DNA from: Mytilus edulis
Lineage: Eukaryota
Length of the DNA stretch: 64,000 bases
Assembly (NCBI RefSeq): GCF_963676685.1
Contig: NC_092349.1
Span: 75,392,001-75,456,000, forward strand
Direction of reading: 5' to 3'
The number at the start of each line of letters is the position of its first letter. Within the stretch, counting starts at the first letter, position 1. Made by a program: the position numbers and the translations under genes. Positions 52,468 to 64,000 of the stretch are shown here, piece after piece. The notes under the pieces are model-generated. The model worked only from the letters and a program-made list of their open reading frames with translations, searched no databases and was not told where the DNA came from.

Positions 52468-55400
52468 ATGTCACTTAATCCATTGCATATATGTTCTTTA
52501 AATTGTCAGGGGTTAAGAAAATAGGAAAAAAGAATTAGACTAAAAGAATGGATAAAACAACAAAAATGCAACATAATATTTTTACAAGAAACACATTTTT
52601 CGAACAATTCAATAGATAAAGAATTTACGGGCGATTTATATCATAGTTTTGGAAGCACACAATCAAGAGGTGTTTCGATTTATATCAACCAAAAAATGAA
52701 ATATGAAATCATAGATAAATATGTAGATCAAGACGGAAGAATTGTTTTAATCAACACAGAAATAGATAAAAATATATTTACCTTTGTAAACCTTTATGCC
52801 CCAAACACATGTAAAGATAGAAATATATTCTTTAAAAAAGCTTTAAGTGTCATTGAAAAATATAGCCTTGGTATAATTATCATAGGCGGTGATATGAATG
52901 AAACGCTTAATATAAAAGATAGAAAAAGTAATAGAAAAAATCAACAAAAAATAAAAAATAAGACAAATGGGCTAAAAACTCTGATAAAAAAACTAAAAGT
53001 TATAGATATATGGAGAGCAATAAATCCAAATAAAACGCAATATACCTGGAAAAGAAAAAATAATGAAGTAGCTAGTAGAATTGATTATTTTCTAGTTAGT
53101 CAAGATGTGAGACCAAGAGTACTGATATACGACCTGCTACTATTCAATATACAGATCACTTAGCGATTTCACTTAAAATTAATCATTGTCAAGGGAACAA
53201 AGGAAAGGGATACTTCAAATTAAACAACAGTATTCTTAATGACAAATCATACAAAATAAAAATAAATACTTTGATAGATAAATATGAAAAATTAAGAAAT
53301 AAAAAAAGTCTAGCAATCGTGTGGGATCTCTTTAAAATAGAAGTAAGAGAGAAAACTATAGAACATTGTAAATTAAAAGCTAAACAGAAAAGAGACGAAA
53401 TTACAAAACTCGAACAAAAACTTAAACTTTTGAATGAAATTCATGATAACAACCTGGATGGAAAAAATAATAATTTGCCAAATATAATAGATTCAATAAA
53501 TAAAACAGAAGAAACGCTACAAACTCTATATTCAGATAAAATAAAAGGGGCACAAATAAGATCACGAGTTAAATGGATAGAAGAGGGCGAAAAAAATACA
53601 AAATATTTCTTGGGATTAGAAAAATCAAGACAAACAAGGAAAAACATTACTGCTATAAGGGACAGTAAAGGAGAAATAACAGAAGATCAAGGCAAAATAT
53701 TAGAAACGGAGAGAAATTATTATGTCAATTTATATAAGTCAACTAACCCTGATTTAAGAGAAATTGAAAATTATATTGAAAAAACTAAAATAAATTACAA
53801 ATTAAGTACACAAGAAGGTAATGAAATTGACGGCAACCTGACAATAGAGGAATGTACACAATCTGTTTTTAAAATGAAACTTAATAAAACACCAGGTATC
53901 GATGGTCTCTCAATTGAATTTTATAGAGCTTTCTGGTCCAACTTACAAAACTTTGCTGTAGATGTTTTTAATAATTGCTATAAAAAAAAAGAATTGACAA
54001 ATTCTCAGAAACTAGGATTAATTACCCTTATATACAAGAAAAACGACCCATTAAATTTAGATAATTATAGACCAATTACCTTACTAAATGTAGATACCAA
54101 AATTATAGCATACTCTCTTGCACAAAGACTGAAACCAATATTGCATAAAATCATTCATAGTGATCAAAACGGTTATGTAAAAAACAGATTTATTGGATTT
54201 AATATTAGACAAATCCAAGATATTATAGATTATTCGGAAAAATTCAATGTAGATGGTCTGGAGCAATCCTATTTTTAGACTTCACAAAAGCATTTGACTC
54301 GCTAGAATGGGAATTTATGTATTGTTCTTTATAGAAATTTGGTTTCCAGGAATCTCTTTTGAGGTGGATAAATACGTTATACACAGATATAAAGGGTTGC
54401 ATATTAAATAATGGCTGGATTTCAAGACCCTTCAACATTGAGCGCGGAATCCGTCAAGGGTGTCCCGCGAGTTCTATAATTTTTGTAATTGCTGTTGAAA
54501 TTTTAGCTAGTAGATTAAGACAAAATAAAAGTTTTAAAGGTTTTCAAATTAAACTAGATAATAAAACCCATACCTTAAAATTAAGCCAGCTGGCAGACGA
54601 CACCACTTTATTTTTAAATTCAAAACAAGAAGTGTCATTAACTCTGAATATTATAGAAATTTTTGGATCACTTTCAGGCCTAAAGCTTAACCGAAATAAA
54701 ACAGAAGGAATATGGCTCGGCAATTTAAAGTCCTGCAAAGATAAAGTTGAAAACATTAATTTTACACAAAAACCTATAAAAGTTTTGGGAATATACTTTG
54801 GACTTAATAAAAATGAGTGTAAAAAAATAAACTTGCAACGACAATACGAAAAATCTGAAAAAAATAATTAAAGATTGGAATAAAAGAAATTTAACTATGT
54901 TAGGTATGATAACTCTTGTTAAATCATTAATCTTACCGAACATTACTTACGTTGCATCTGTAACCGAAATTGATAACGAATACCTAGCAAAATTTAAAAA
55001 ATTGATATACAGTTTTATATGGAATAATAAATCAGAAAAAGTTAAAAGGGATATAATAAGTAAAAATTACCATGATGGCGGGCTTAAAATGATAAACATA
55101 GATAAATATCTAGAAGCGATAAATATTAAATGGGGTAAAAAAACTCATCGATAATGAAGATCTATCACCCAATTGGAAAGTCTTACCAAACTTTTATTTT
55201 GATAAATTTGGACAAGAATTCCTTATATTTAAAATGAATTTCAACAATATTAATTTGGTCTATAAACTGAAAGAACTAATTCCACAATTTTACTTAAGAA
55301 TAATCATATCATGGATAAATTCAAAATCTGAAAAAGAATCAGATCATCTATCATATAAACAAATTACACAGCAGCTTATATGGGGCAATACAAATATCAA

Positions 55401-56298
55401 ATTAAACGGTAAATGTCTCATTTTCAAAAACTGGATAAACATTAAAATTCTTTTTTTAAATGACATTATTGATAATGAAGGAAAATTTAATCAAAACATG
55501 GTCTTAGATAAACTTTCCTGTCATGCTAACTGGTTTTCAGAATATTCTAAATTAATGAAAGCAATACCAAAACAGTGGTTACAAGAGCTAACTAAAGAAG
55601 AATCAATAAAAACAAAAGTTGCCATTGACTCCGAATATAAATTTAAAGATAAAAAAGGGAAAATGGTATCACTTAAAAACATTTCCTCTAAAGACATTTA
55701 CATCTCCCTCTTAAATAGATATTATGAAAAACCAATAGGATTTCAAAAATGGGACAACATATTTATCTTGGAAAACAACACAAACAAAAGACAACTAATG
55801 CTAAATTATATCTTTTATTATTTACAAGATAATAAATTCAAAATGTTAAGATGGAAATTTCTGCACTACATTTTACCAACCAAACAATTACTTTTCTCTT
55901 GGAAAATAACTAAAACTCCGCTATGTAATATTTGTGATGTCATCGAAGATTATGAGCACTACTTTTTAACATGCAAATTTCTGAAATCATTTTGGGATCA
56001 AATAAAACTATTACTTGATAAACTTAAAATAGGACATCATATCATATCAATTAAATCACTTTTGTACGGATACAAAATAAACGATACAAGTTATTACAGT
56101 ATTAATGATTTAATAACAATTATTCTTTTTACTGTATACAAAGGATACTATATATCCGAACAAAAAACAAAACAAATTAATATGTTTGAAATTTTCAAAA
56201 AAGAATTTCTTCAATATCACGAAATATTGATAAATAAAGGAGGCAAATATGAAAAATTCCATAATCTGGTTGCAGCAAAAATTAAATTAATTTCATAA
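52468..56298 (+). pseudogene. LINE ORF2 (APE endonuclease + reverse transcriptase + C-terminal Cys/His motif), disrupted
   Basis: SLNCQGL, FLQETH, NLYAPN, GGDMN, SRIDYF, TDH; KTPGIDG, NYRPITLLNVD, RGIRQGCP, QLADDT; CNICDVIEDYEHYFLTC; several stops and frameshifts. Confidence 0.93.
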
Positions 56299-56338
56299 AT
56301 TAGAATTTATAATACATCATGTTATCATATTTCTTTTC

Positions 56339-57120
56339 AGATTGACGTAGCATGGGCATTGATAGACCGATTCAGTTCCTATTTCTGATTTGTATCAACG
56401 ACTTCAGAACCTTAATTCATTCGGAAAGTATCTCCGTCATTTTTTTCTCGCGCTTAATTCTTGCCTGGCATAATCCTCGACTGAATCCATCAATATTTTG
56501 AAGTTGTATTTCCAATTGATGGATTTAGGCTCACGATATTTCGGACCATGGGATTACACATTCCGCAAAAAAGTGTTTTTTACAATGTTATGGTAACCGG
56601 TAATAAGGTGGCCAGTCGGATTATATGTGAATTGGGAACTAGCACCAGTGCAATCAGGAGGTTTAGACTTGAAGTCGTCAATATTGAGGTCCTGCAAAAC
56701 GTGTTTGTAATTCAAAATTTTAGTTGCAATTGGTTTGGTAGAGGTATAAGAAAATGATTGACAGTACATACTGATGATGTTTGAAATAAGGAGGTATTTT
56801 CGACTGAATTAATTTATAATGAAGAATATTGTCTAAGTTGACGCCAAAGAGACATTTGTTGGCAAAGGAAAATTTAAAGAAAGATCTTTTGCATCTTTTC
56901 AAATGCGAACTGGTTTGATAAGTCTGTGTTTTTTTGCAATTTCCGAAATGATAGCTGCACGTTTGTATTGGTTTGAATGAGGGGTTGTAACAGTGGTTTC
57001 CCCAAACATAAATTGAACAGAAAATGAAGTTTTGAAAGTGGCAATGAATAAAGTTTCGTGTGAATGTGATGAATACCTAACGGCTTTTGAATAAATGGCA
57101 GCAAGTCATTCATAGATACA
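56339..57120 (-). mobile_element. Penelope-like retroelement, 5' part (continuation of 31735-33955)
   Basis: SYTSTKPIATKILNYKHVLQDLNIDDFKSKPPDC, GPKYREPK; sequence is continuous with 33955 across the TSD. Confidence 0.8.
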
Positions 57121-57146
57121 ATATTGTATTTGTATCATTCGCAAAT

Positions 57147-57800
57147 TAAATAGACCTACAGTGACCATCAGCGTTTACACGGTCGGGTAGATCGTTAAGA
57201 TTTGTCTTTGTAAATTATTACTTTTACTGTTTAGTCTAATTTTGACGTGGCTCGGTACTCACACGTTCCGTCATTGTTTTATTGTTCTATGGTAATATCT
57301 TTTATTCATGTCTTTGGTTTTTTGTTAAAATTTACTGAAGACCGGCAAAATAGCAAAAACTATATATACAGGTTCCAGCCCCGGCGCCGGGGATGAAGTT
57401 ACGAGTCAAATCTACTCTAACATCGTTAGGTTAAATTTCTAGGCACTTTATATATATATATATAAATCGCATTTTTTGTCGCAGCCGGCAAAATGGCGCA
57501 ATGTACAGTGGCGGATAGAGAAATTTTGCATTAGAAAGGGCGTACTCTGGTCATGCTTCGGAGATTTCCTATATATATAACCCCCTTTTCCTAAATCCGC
57601 TTCTGAATTAGGCTAATTTGCCGGAGCCGGTCATTGGTACATCATTGGACGTAATGGGTTCGGCAGTGGCGGATCCAGAACTTTTTATTAAGGGAAAGCG
57701 CAGTCATGCTTCAGTGATTCTCAGTGGTTCTCCGTATAATAAACGTATTTTTTTTCCCAAATAAGGGGGCTTCATTTTATTTTTACTTTTGTGTGTAATT
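57147..57800 (+). repeat. Segmental-duplication block, paralogous to 1950-2400
   Basis: Colinear with 1950-2400, with an extra ~80 bp in the (TA)n tract (57369-57447) and extra sequence near 57600-57710. Confidence 0.9.
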
Positions 57801-59000
57801 AATTGTAACCAGTACCTATACAAATGATATAAAACTAAATAAATGACTAAATAACTAACTAACTAACTTACGTTATTCAGTATAAAATCAAGAACAAAAG
57901 AATCTTGGCTGAAATATATGAAAACTTAGAAAAATAAAACAAAAAAACAACAGCAAATTTTAGACGTCATTCCAGGAAATCCTAGCTATAATTTCCGGTA
58001 GACCTCCTACGGCACCCATTAGTAGGTACAGATTTAATTTATTCAACAAATTATAATTTATGACCTTTATGTACGTGTCGCTTAGAACACGACCATATAC
58101 CAAATGGTCAATACAAATCATACATGCGGATCAGTGGATAAATAAAAAAGTTACTGTAGAGAGACACCGTCAGCCACCAAATGTGAGCTTAACAAAGGCA
58201 CGTAGCTAAGAGGATCACCAAATGTTAACCCAAAGATAGCACGTCGTTTTAATAGAAAAGCAAATAAAATGCTTCCCTGAGCGCAGCCTGATACGACCGT
58301 AGAGGTCGAACCCTGAACAGTTGCGGAAAATTTGGACACAATATTCAAGCTTGATACTATCTAAATTTGGATTCTGATCAATTTTTATGACATAATATAG
58401 GTTTCTGACACAAAATAAATGTGGTCAAAGATCTTACAAATCTAATGCGCAATACTATGCAATTGAAGATTTCTCCTTGAAACTTTTCAAAAATTAAAAA
58501 TTTGTAAGAATTTTGAAAAAAACATATGAACCCCTTAAAAAAATTGGCCCCCCCAAACTTTTTGACCCCCCCCCCCCCTTTTGGAGCAGTAACCATCAAA
58601 CTCAATCCCATTCTTTGTAGTATGGAACCTTGTAATACAATTTTAAAGAGATCCATACACTTAATCACAAGATATTGTCTGGAAACTAGAAAAATGCTTG
58701 TTTTTTTTTCCTTTTTTTCCCCCCTAATTCCTGCATGTTTGGGGCAATTACCCCCAAACTCAATCCCAGCCTTCACTGGCAAGTTGTGATATGGAACATT
58801 GACGTACAATGTCAGAGAGATCCATACACTTACACACAAGTTATTGTTCAAAACTACAAAAATGCTTGTTTTTGGACCTTAATTCCTAAACTGTTGGACC
58901 CATAACCCCAAAAATGAATCCCAGTATTCTACTTGTGGTATTAAACATTGTGATTCAATTTCAGAGCAATTGAAAACTAATACACAAGTTATCATCCTGA

Positions 59001-62000
59001 CAATCTAATTAAAAACCGATCCCACGCGACATATCAGAAACGGGAGCGATGAGTGATCGGTTTTTATGCAGTTAAGCTGCATTATGCGAGCACCCTAGAT
59101 TTGTGTTCTACCCAATAAATCCTGAAATACTTGCCATTGTTATTATCTAGCTTGTTACTATGTTATATATAACTAATTGAACACTTTTTTAATACTTTTT
59201 ATTCTGGATTTACATAAAAAATGACCAGAAAAACCTTAAATGATCGTCGATTTATCCAAAAGTTTTAAAGTTACATATAGGAAGTAGTGCTTATTAAAAA
59301 TCCTTGTGTAGTTCATTATGACTTGTGCTTTTAGCTAAGATGTCAAAGAACAATTGTATGAAATATTTAATCGCCGAAAATCTCTTAAGACAAGCAGTTT
59401 AGATTTCCCAAATGACAAAAGTCGTAGGAATATTGTTTGTCATCAATACGTAGTACAACTACGTCAGTAGTCTATTATATAATTCAACTGTTCGTGCTGT
59501 TGGCGGCAATTTCAAATTAGAAAAAGAAATTTTCGTAGCTTTTCAATTTGGAGGCAGGTGTGCAAATTAGCGGTGGTCCGAGACCTTCCACTTTTGCAAG
59601 CGGAATTTCGACTAGGATAGTTGGTTTCTAGCTACGCCCGACGTAGTCTCCTTACATTTGAAAGAAAATAAGAAATTACTTTGCAAACCTTTTCACCATG
59701 TTCACCAAAGTCTCCAATTAAACGAGCTAAAAACTTATTTTTATCATTATTATTCATGACGGCGATGTCCATTTTGTTCAACCGCTAGCTTTATACAGAA
59801 AATCGCCGACAAATATTGTATAAATTCGAGTAAAATCGTATCTGATTGACAAAAACAACATTGTAAACACATAACAATGGCGGCCGTGAAGACAAAATTT
59901 TACAAAATCGGATCCGAATCCGGAAGCGGATAAGGGTAATTCCGGGTTTGACGATCATTTACAAAATAAATCCAAGCAGGTGAAAAAATACATCTATGCA
60001 TGGTAAATGAATATAAACACTAGAATTGTAAACCAAAAGATATATGTAAAAGAAAGAAAAAGCAGAAAAATATTTTATTCAGAAACTAAAAATTACTTTT
60101 TGATAAATTTTAATTTAAAAATCCAATACAACGTGACAGCTGGGAACAGTATATCTAACAATATACATGTTCATGGTCACAGTCTAAATTTTCTTTATAA
60201 ATGATAAATGATGATAATGCATGTGAGTTGCTTTTAAAGTGTAAACATATTACTGCAATTTCGAGGGGTTATTTGTTTTTTCTCAATTTTTGAAGGGTCA
60301 ATTAAAGTAGCTGAAAGTTTCATTCTTTATTTTCACAAATAATGCAACTATATTATATATACCTTAATGTAAGTAAATCATATGATATATAGGTGGCATT
60401 CTTTGGGCCACTCTACCCCCTCCTGTTTGATAACTTGGAAACGGTCGAGCTCCCCACCCCTAAACCATATGAGGGGCAGATCCAGGATTTTAGGTTAGGA
60501 GGGGTGCAAACTTAAATTTTCGCCGAGCAGAGCGAGGCTAAATAAAAATAGAGGTCAAATTATCGGAATTTTCTTTATTAAGCTGAGAACAACCCATGCT
60601 TTGCAAATTTAAGGGGGGTGCAAGCCCGCAACCCTCCCCCGTCTGAATCCGCCCCTGCATATATTCAAGTATAGGACAATATAATAAATAAAAAATTAAA
60701 TATAGGGGGAGTCCCTGGTCAGTGGAGTTACCCCACCCCTCCTGTTTGAGAACTTGGAAATGGTCGAGATCCACACCCCTTAACCATATATATTCATGTT
60801 TGTGACAATATGAAAAATCAAATGAAATATAGGAAGAGTCGCTAGGGGTCACCCCACCCCTCCTGTTTTAGAATTTAAAAATGGTCGAGATCCTCATCCC
60901 TAAACCATATATATTCATGTATGCGACAATATAACAAATCAGATGAAAGATAGGGGGAGTCCCTGAGGTCACTGTTCACCCTCCTGTTTGAGAACTTGGA
61001 AATGGTCAAGATCCTTACCCCTAAACCATATATACTCATGTATGGGACAATATAACAAATCAAATGAAATATAAGGGAAGTCCCTGTGGTCATCCCAACC
61101 CTCCTGTTTGAGAACTTGGAAACGGTCGAGATCCCCACACCAAAACAATATATATTCATGTATGGATCAATATAACTAATTAAATGAAATATAGGGGGAG
61201 TCCCTTGGGTCACCTACCCTTCCTGTTTGAGAACTTGGAAACCAATGAGATCCCCACCCCTAAACCATATATATTCATGTATGGGACAATATAACAAATA
61301 AAATGAAATGTAGGGGAAGTCCCTAGGGATCCAGAAATTTTCATAAATGGTGCCCACTGACTGACCTAAGAGGGGCCCGCTCCAGTCACGCTTCAGTGAT
61401 TTCCTATATAAGCAACCAATTTTTTCCCAAAAGGGGGGGGGGGGGCGGGCCCCCTGCCCCCTAAATCCTCTGCCTACCCCTACCTGTTTGAGAACTTGAA
61501 AACCGTTGAGATCCCCACCCCTAAATTATATATATTCATATGTATGGGACAAAATAACAAATCATTTACATTTACTATGGGCAAGTCAGTCAGACCTCAT
61601 CTTTGATCCCTGTTGTAGTGAACATTTGTCTGATTCGTGTCTCATAACTTTTGTACTATAGAACACAAACTCAGTTTTCTTTCCAGGGAAACCAGTTAAT
61701 TCATACTATTACATGTTCATACTACGTTAAATTGAACTTCTAGCAGTCAAATAAAACCAAGGTTAACTACCAAGTAGAACAACTGCAATCATTGGGAACT
61801 TGTACCACTGCAGACTCACCATAAAAAATATACATTGATATATGCATTGCTTTTGAAACCTTGATAACATATAAATTATTTGCCTTAATAAATAAATCAT
61901 TAGATAAACATGAATGTACTTTATATGAATGTTTAATGTTGAGGCAACATTGCCACAGTTTTCATAATTACGGTTGCCTTGGTTTTTGGTTAACTGCCTT

Positions 62001-62032
62001 CAGCGCTTACAGCGCTTTGATTAATTAGATTG
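59001..62032. mobile_element. 3.0-kb non-autonomous DNA transposon, 12-bp TIR, 9-bp TSD
   Basis: TCATCCTGA|CAATCTAATTAA ... TTAATTAGATTG|TCATCCTGA; both TIR and TSD are perfect. Confidence 0.88.
60365..61570. repeat. ~120-bp tandem repeat array, interrupted by two GC-rich MITEs
   Basis: Repeated ccctcctgtttgagaacttggaaa.ggtcgagatcccc.ccctaaaccatatatattcatgtatgg.acaatataacaaat. Confidence 0.9.
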
Positions 62033-62859
62033 TCATCCTGATACTAGAAAAAATGCTTGTTTTGGGCCCCTTTTGTGCCCCATATTCTTAAACGGATGAG
62101 ACCATCATCCCCAAAATCAATCCTTACTTTCCTTTTGTGGAAAAATTTCATAGAGATCCATTCACTTAAACTAAAGTTTTTGTCAGGAAACCATATGTGT
62201 CTTCGGACGACAACGCAGACGACTCAGACGACGACATCATGGCATTTTAGGAACCCAAACAATTTTTGCGGTCATAGAAAAATGCTTGTTTTTGACCCCT
62301 TTTTGGCCATTAATTCCTAAACTGTTGGCACTATTTATATATAACCCCCCAAATGAATCCTAACATTCTACTTGTGGTATTAAACATTCTGGTACAATTT
62401 CAGAGCAATCAAAATACTTATACACAAGTTATTATCCTACAACTAGAAAATGCTTCTTTTGGGCACCTAATTTCTAAACGATTGAGACCATCATCCCCAA
62501 AATTAATCCTAACCTTCCTTTTGTGGTATTGAATCTTCTTAAAAAAAATCATAGAGATCCATTCACTAAAACTAAATGTATTGTCCGGAAACCAAATGTA
62601 TCTTCGGACGTCGACGCAGATGACGACATCATACGATCCAATTTTTTTGCGGTAGTATAAAAATCAGATTCTACAATAAAAAAAGAACGGTATGAATATA
62701 ATATGCAGCAAAGAGCTGCACATGCAAAAAAAAAAAACATGTAGGTAATCTATTAAAACGCAAATGATCAAATCAGGTATATATCCTGTGGGTGAAAGGC
62801 TTGAAATTTATACCAACGCCATCAAGCAAAAATGCAAAAATGTTTATACTAAAAGACTA

Positions 62860-63800
62860 CAATGAATTTGCTAGGCAATACTAATATAAACCCGCTTCTA
62901 CGTGTCATACGTTGGAAAATTATATCGATCTAACAAAGTTTGAATTATCTTTTCTACCAATAGAAAAGAATGTTAAAAACAATCTTACCAAGGGCGAAAG
63001 AACAGCACTACGCAATTTGAAAAATGACGAAACAATAGTAATAAAAAAAGGCAAATAAAATTCAAATTGTGTTATTTGATCTTATTTCAGACAGACTAGA
63101 TTACATAACAGAAGTCACAAGACAACTAAATACTCAACATTACTGCCAATTAGATTCATTTAAAGGGGCATTGACTGTCAAATTCTTGTTCACCGATTTA
63201 ACATAGTACAACGTATATATATATCCAAATTATAAAATGTGTAAAATAAACAATTTACAAGGCATTGGCTCGATGATATGTGTTATCGTTCCGTGTGTAT
63301 TAAAGTCTAGACGCCAACTAATTAACTATCGAGTTGACCTCCGAAGACTGCCGACGGTCATGTAAGCGATTTATAAATATATAGATATAAAAAAAATACA
63401 AACTTGTGCAATAGGATTTTTCTAGTTTAAAAATATAGGGACGATTGATTCATAATATATGATGGATTATCACGTGAAATTACAGATTTTTTTCGTCTAG
63501 CAAAAAAGTATAACCCCTTGTTGAAGTCCACCTATGAAATCTCAAACGACTAAATGTCGTTCTTAGATGTTGATGTAATTAATGGTCAAAGATTTACAAT
63601 GCATGGCATTCTTTACCTTGACATATATTTTAAAAGAAACAAATTCTGTTCTCTATCTGCATAGAAATAGCTGTAATTCACAGCATGTATTCCGAGGTTT
63701 TATTAAAGGTGAAGCAATACGGCAAATTAGAAGCACAAGTGACCATAACAAATTAATAAACAATCTAACTAATTTCAAAGTGGCATTTATTACAGTTTGA
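62860..63800 (+). mobile_element. Decayed Penelope-like RT fragments
   Basis: NLTKGERTALRNLKNDETIVIKK; FLDV; KETNSVLYLHRNSCNSQHVFRGFIKGEAIR. Confidence 0.7.
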
Positions 63801-64000
63801 CGAAGATCGTGTACAAATATTCAATGCTGCACCAATAATTGCGTATAGTGTTCGAGATATGCATAGTGGATCAAAGTTAAAGACTTTAACATAAAATTGA
63901 CAGTTGGACCCCTAGATCTATTGATGAAGAATTAAAATATCAATATATCAATATATACATGAATAATTTTCATATTTGATTTTATTAAAATAATGCATCT

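Larger units (their letters stand above)
33956..56338 (+). mobile_element. Full-length L1/Tx1-type LINE, expanded to 22.4 kb by internal insertions
   Basis: 10-bp TSD AGATTGACGT at 33946-33955 and 56339-56348; the Penelope-like sequence rejoins when it is removed; ORF1 at the left end and ORF2 at the right end, same strand. Confidence 0.88.
58230..62662. repeat. Helentron/HINE-type element with ~165-bp tandem array, split by a 3-kb insertion
   Basis: Repeated ctagaaaaatgcttgtttt..ccc..aattccta units at 58560-59000 and 62033-62600; gacgac microsatellite and ...gcggtagtataaaaa end. Confidence 0.7.

Noticed and set aside
51272-52478. Short hydrophobic ORFs in the LINE spacer, and similar ORFs at 906, 22504 and 30814
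   Set aside because: Low-complexity AT-rich or repeat-derived frames with no motifs or splice support.
33956-56338. LINE retrotransposed together with the nuclease-like gene as RNA cargo
   Set aside because: The gene keeps four same-strand introns, which argues for later DNA-level insertion.
60365-61570. Regularly spaced repeats as a CRISPR array or coding repeats
   Set aside because: Whole 120-bp units repeat with no spacers and no cas genes; eukaryotic satellite.

Overview
AT-rich, repeat-dense eukaryotic DNA, most likely a bivalve mollusc (the repeat families and the secreted coiled-coil C1q genes look like Mytilus; this is recognition, not a database result). Host genes: a tandem pair of secreted C1q-domain (C1qDC) genes on the minus strand, one complete (4 exons, 24359-29246, 204 aa) and one represented only by exon 1 (352-526). 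Upstream of the complete gene sits a ~25 kb nest of insertions. A Penelope-like retroelement is split by an L1/Tx1-type LINE (33956-56338, 10-bp TSD AGATTGACGT). The LINE's ORF1 and ORF2 are held apart by a ~15.5 kb insert carrying an intact 5-exon, 420-aa gene with an NLS and a PD-(D/E)xK restriction-endonuclease-like motif set (VPD...VEVK...QHAGEL). Intron 2 of that gene holds a MULE transposon with an intact FLYWCH-DDE transposase, which itself contains a MITE. The intron-bearing nuclease-like gene inside a retrotransposon copy is the most striking observation. The rest is decayed LINE/Penelope fragments, TTAA-, TAA-, TA- and 9-bp-TSD DNA elements, Helentron-type tandem arrays, a hammerhead retrozyme and a tRNA-derived repeat.
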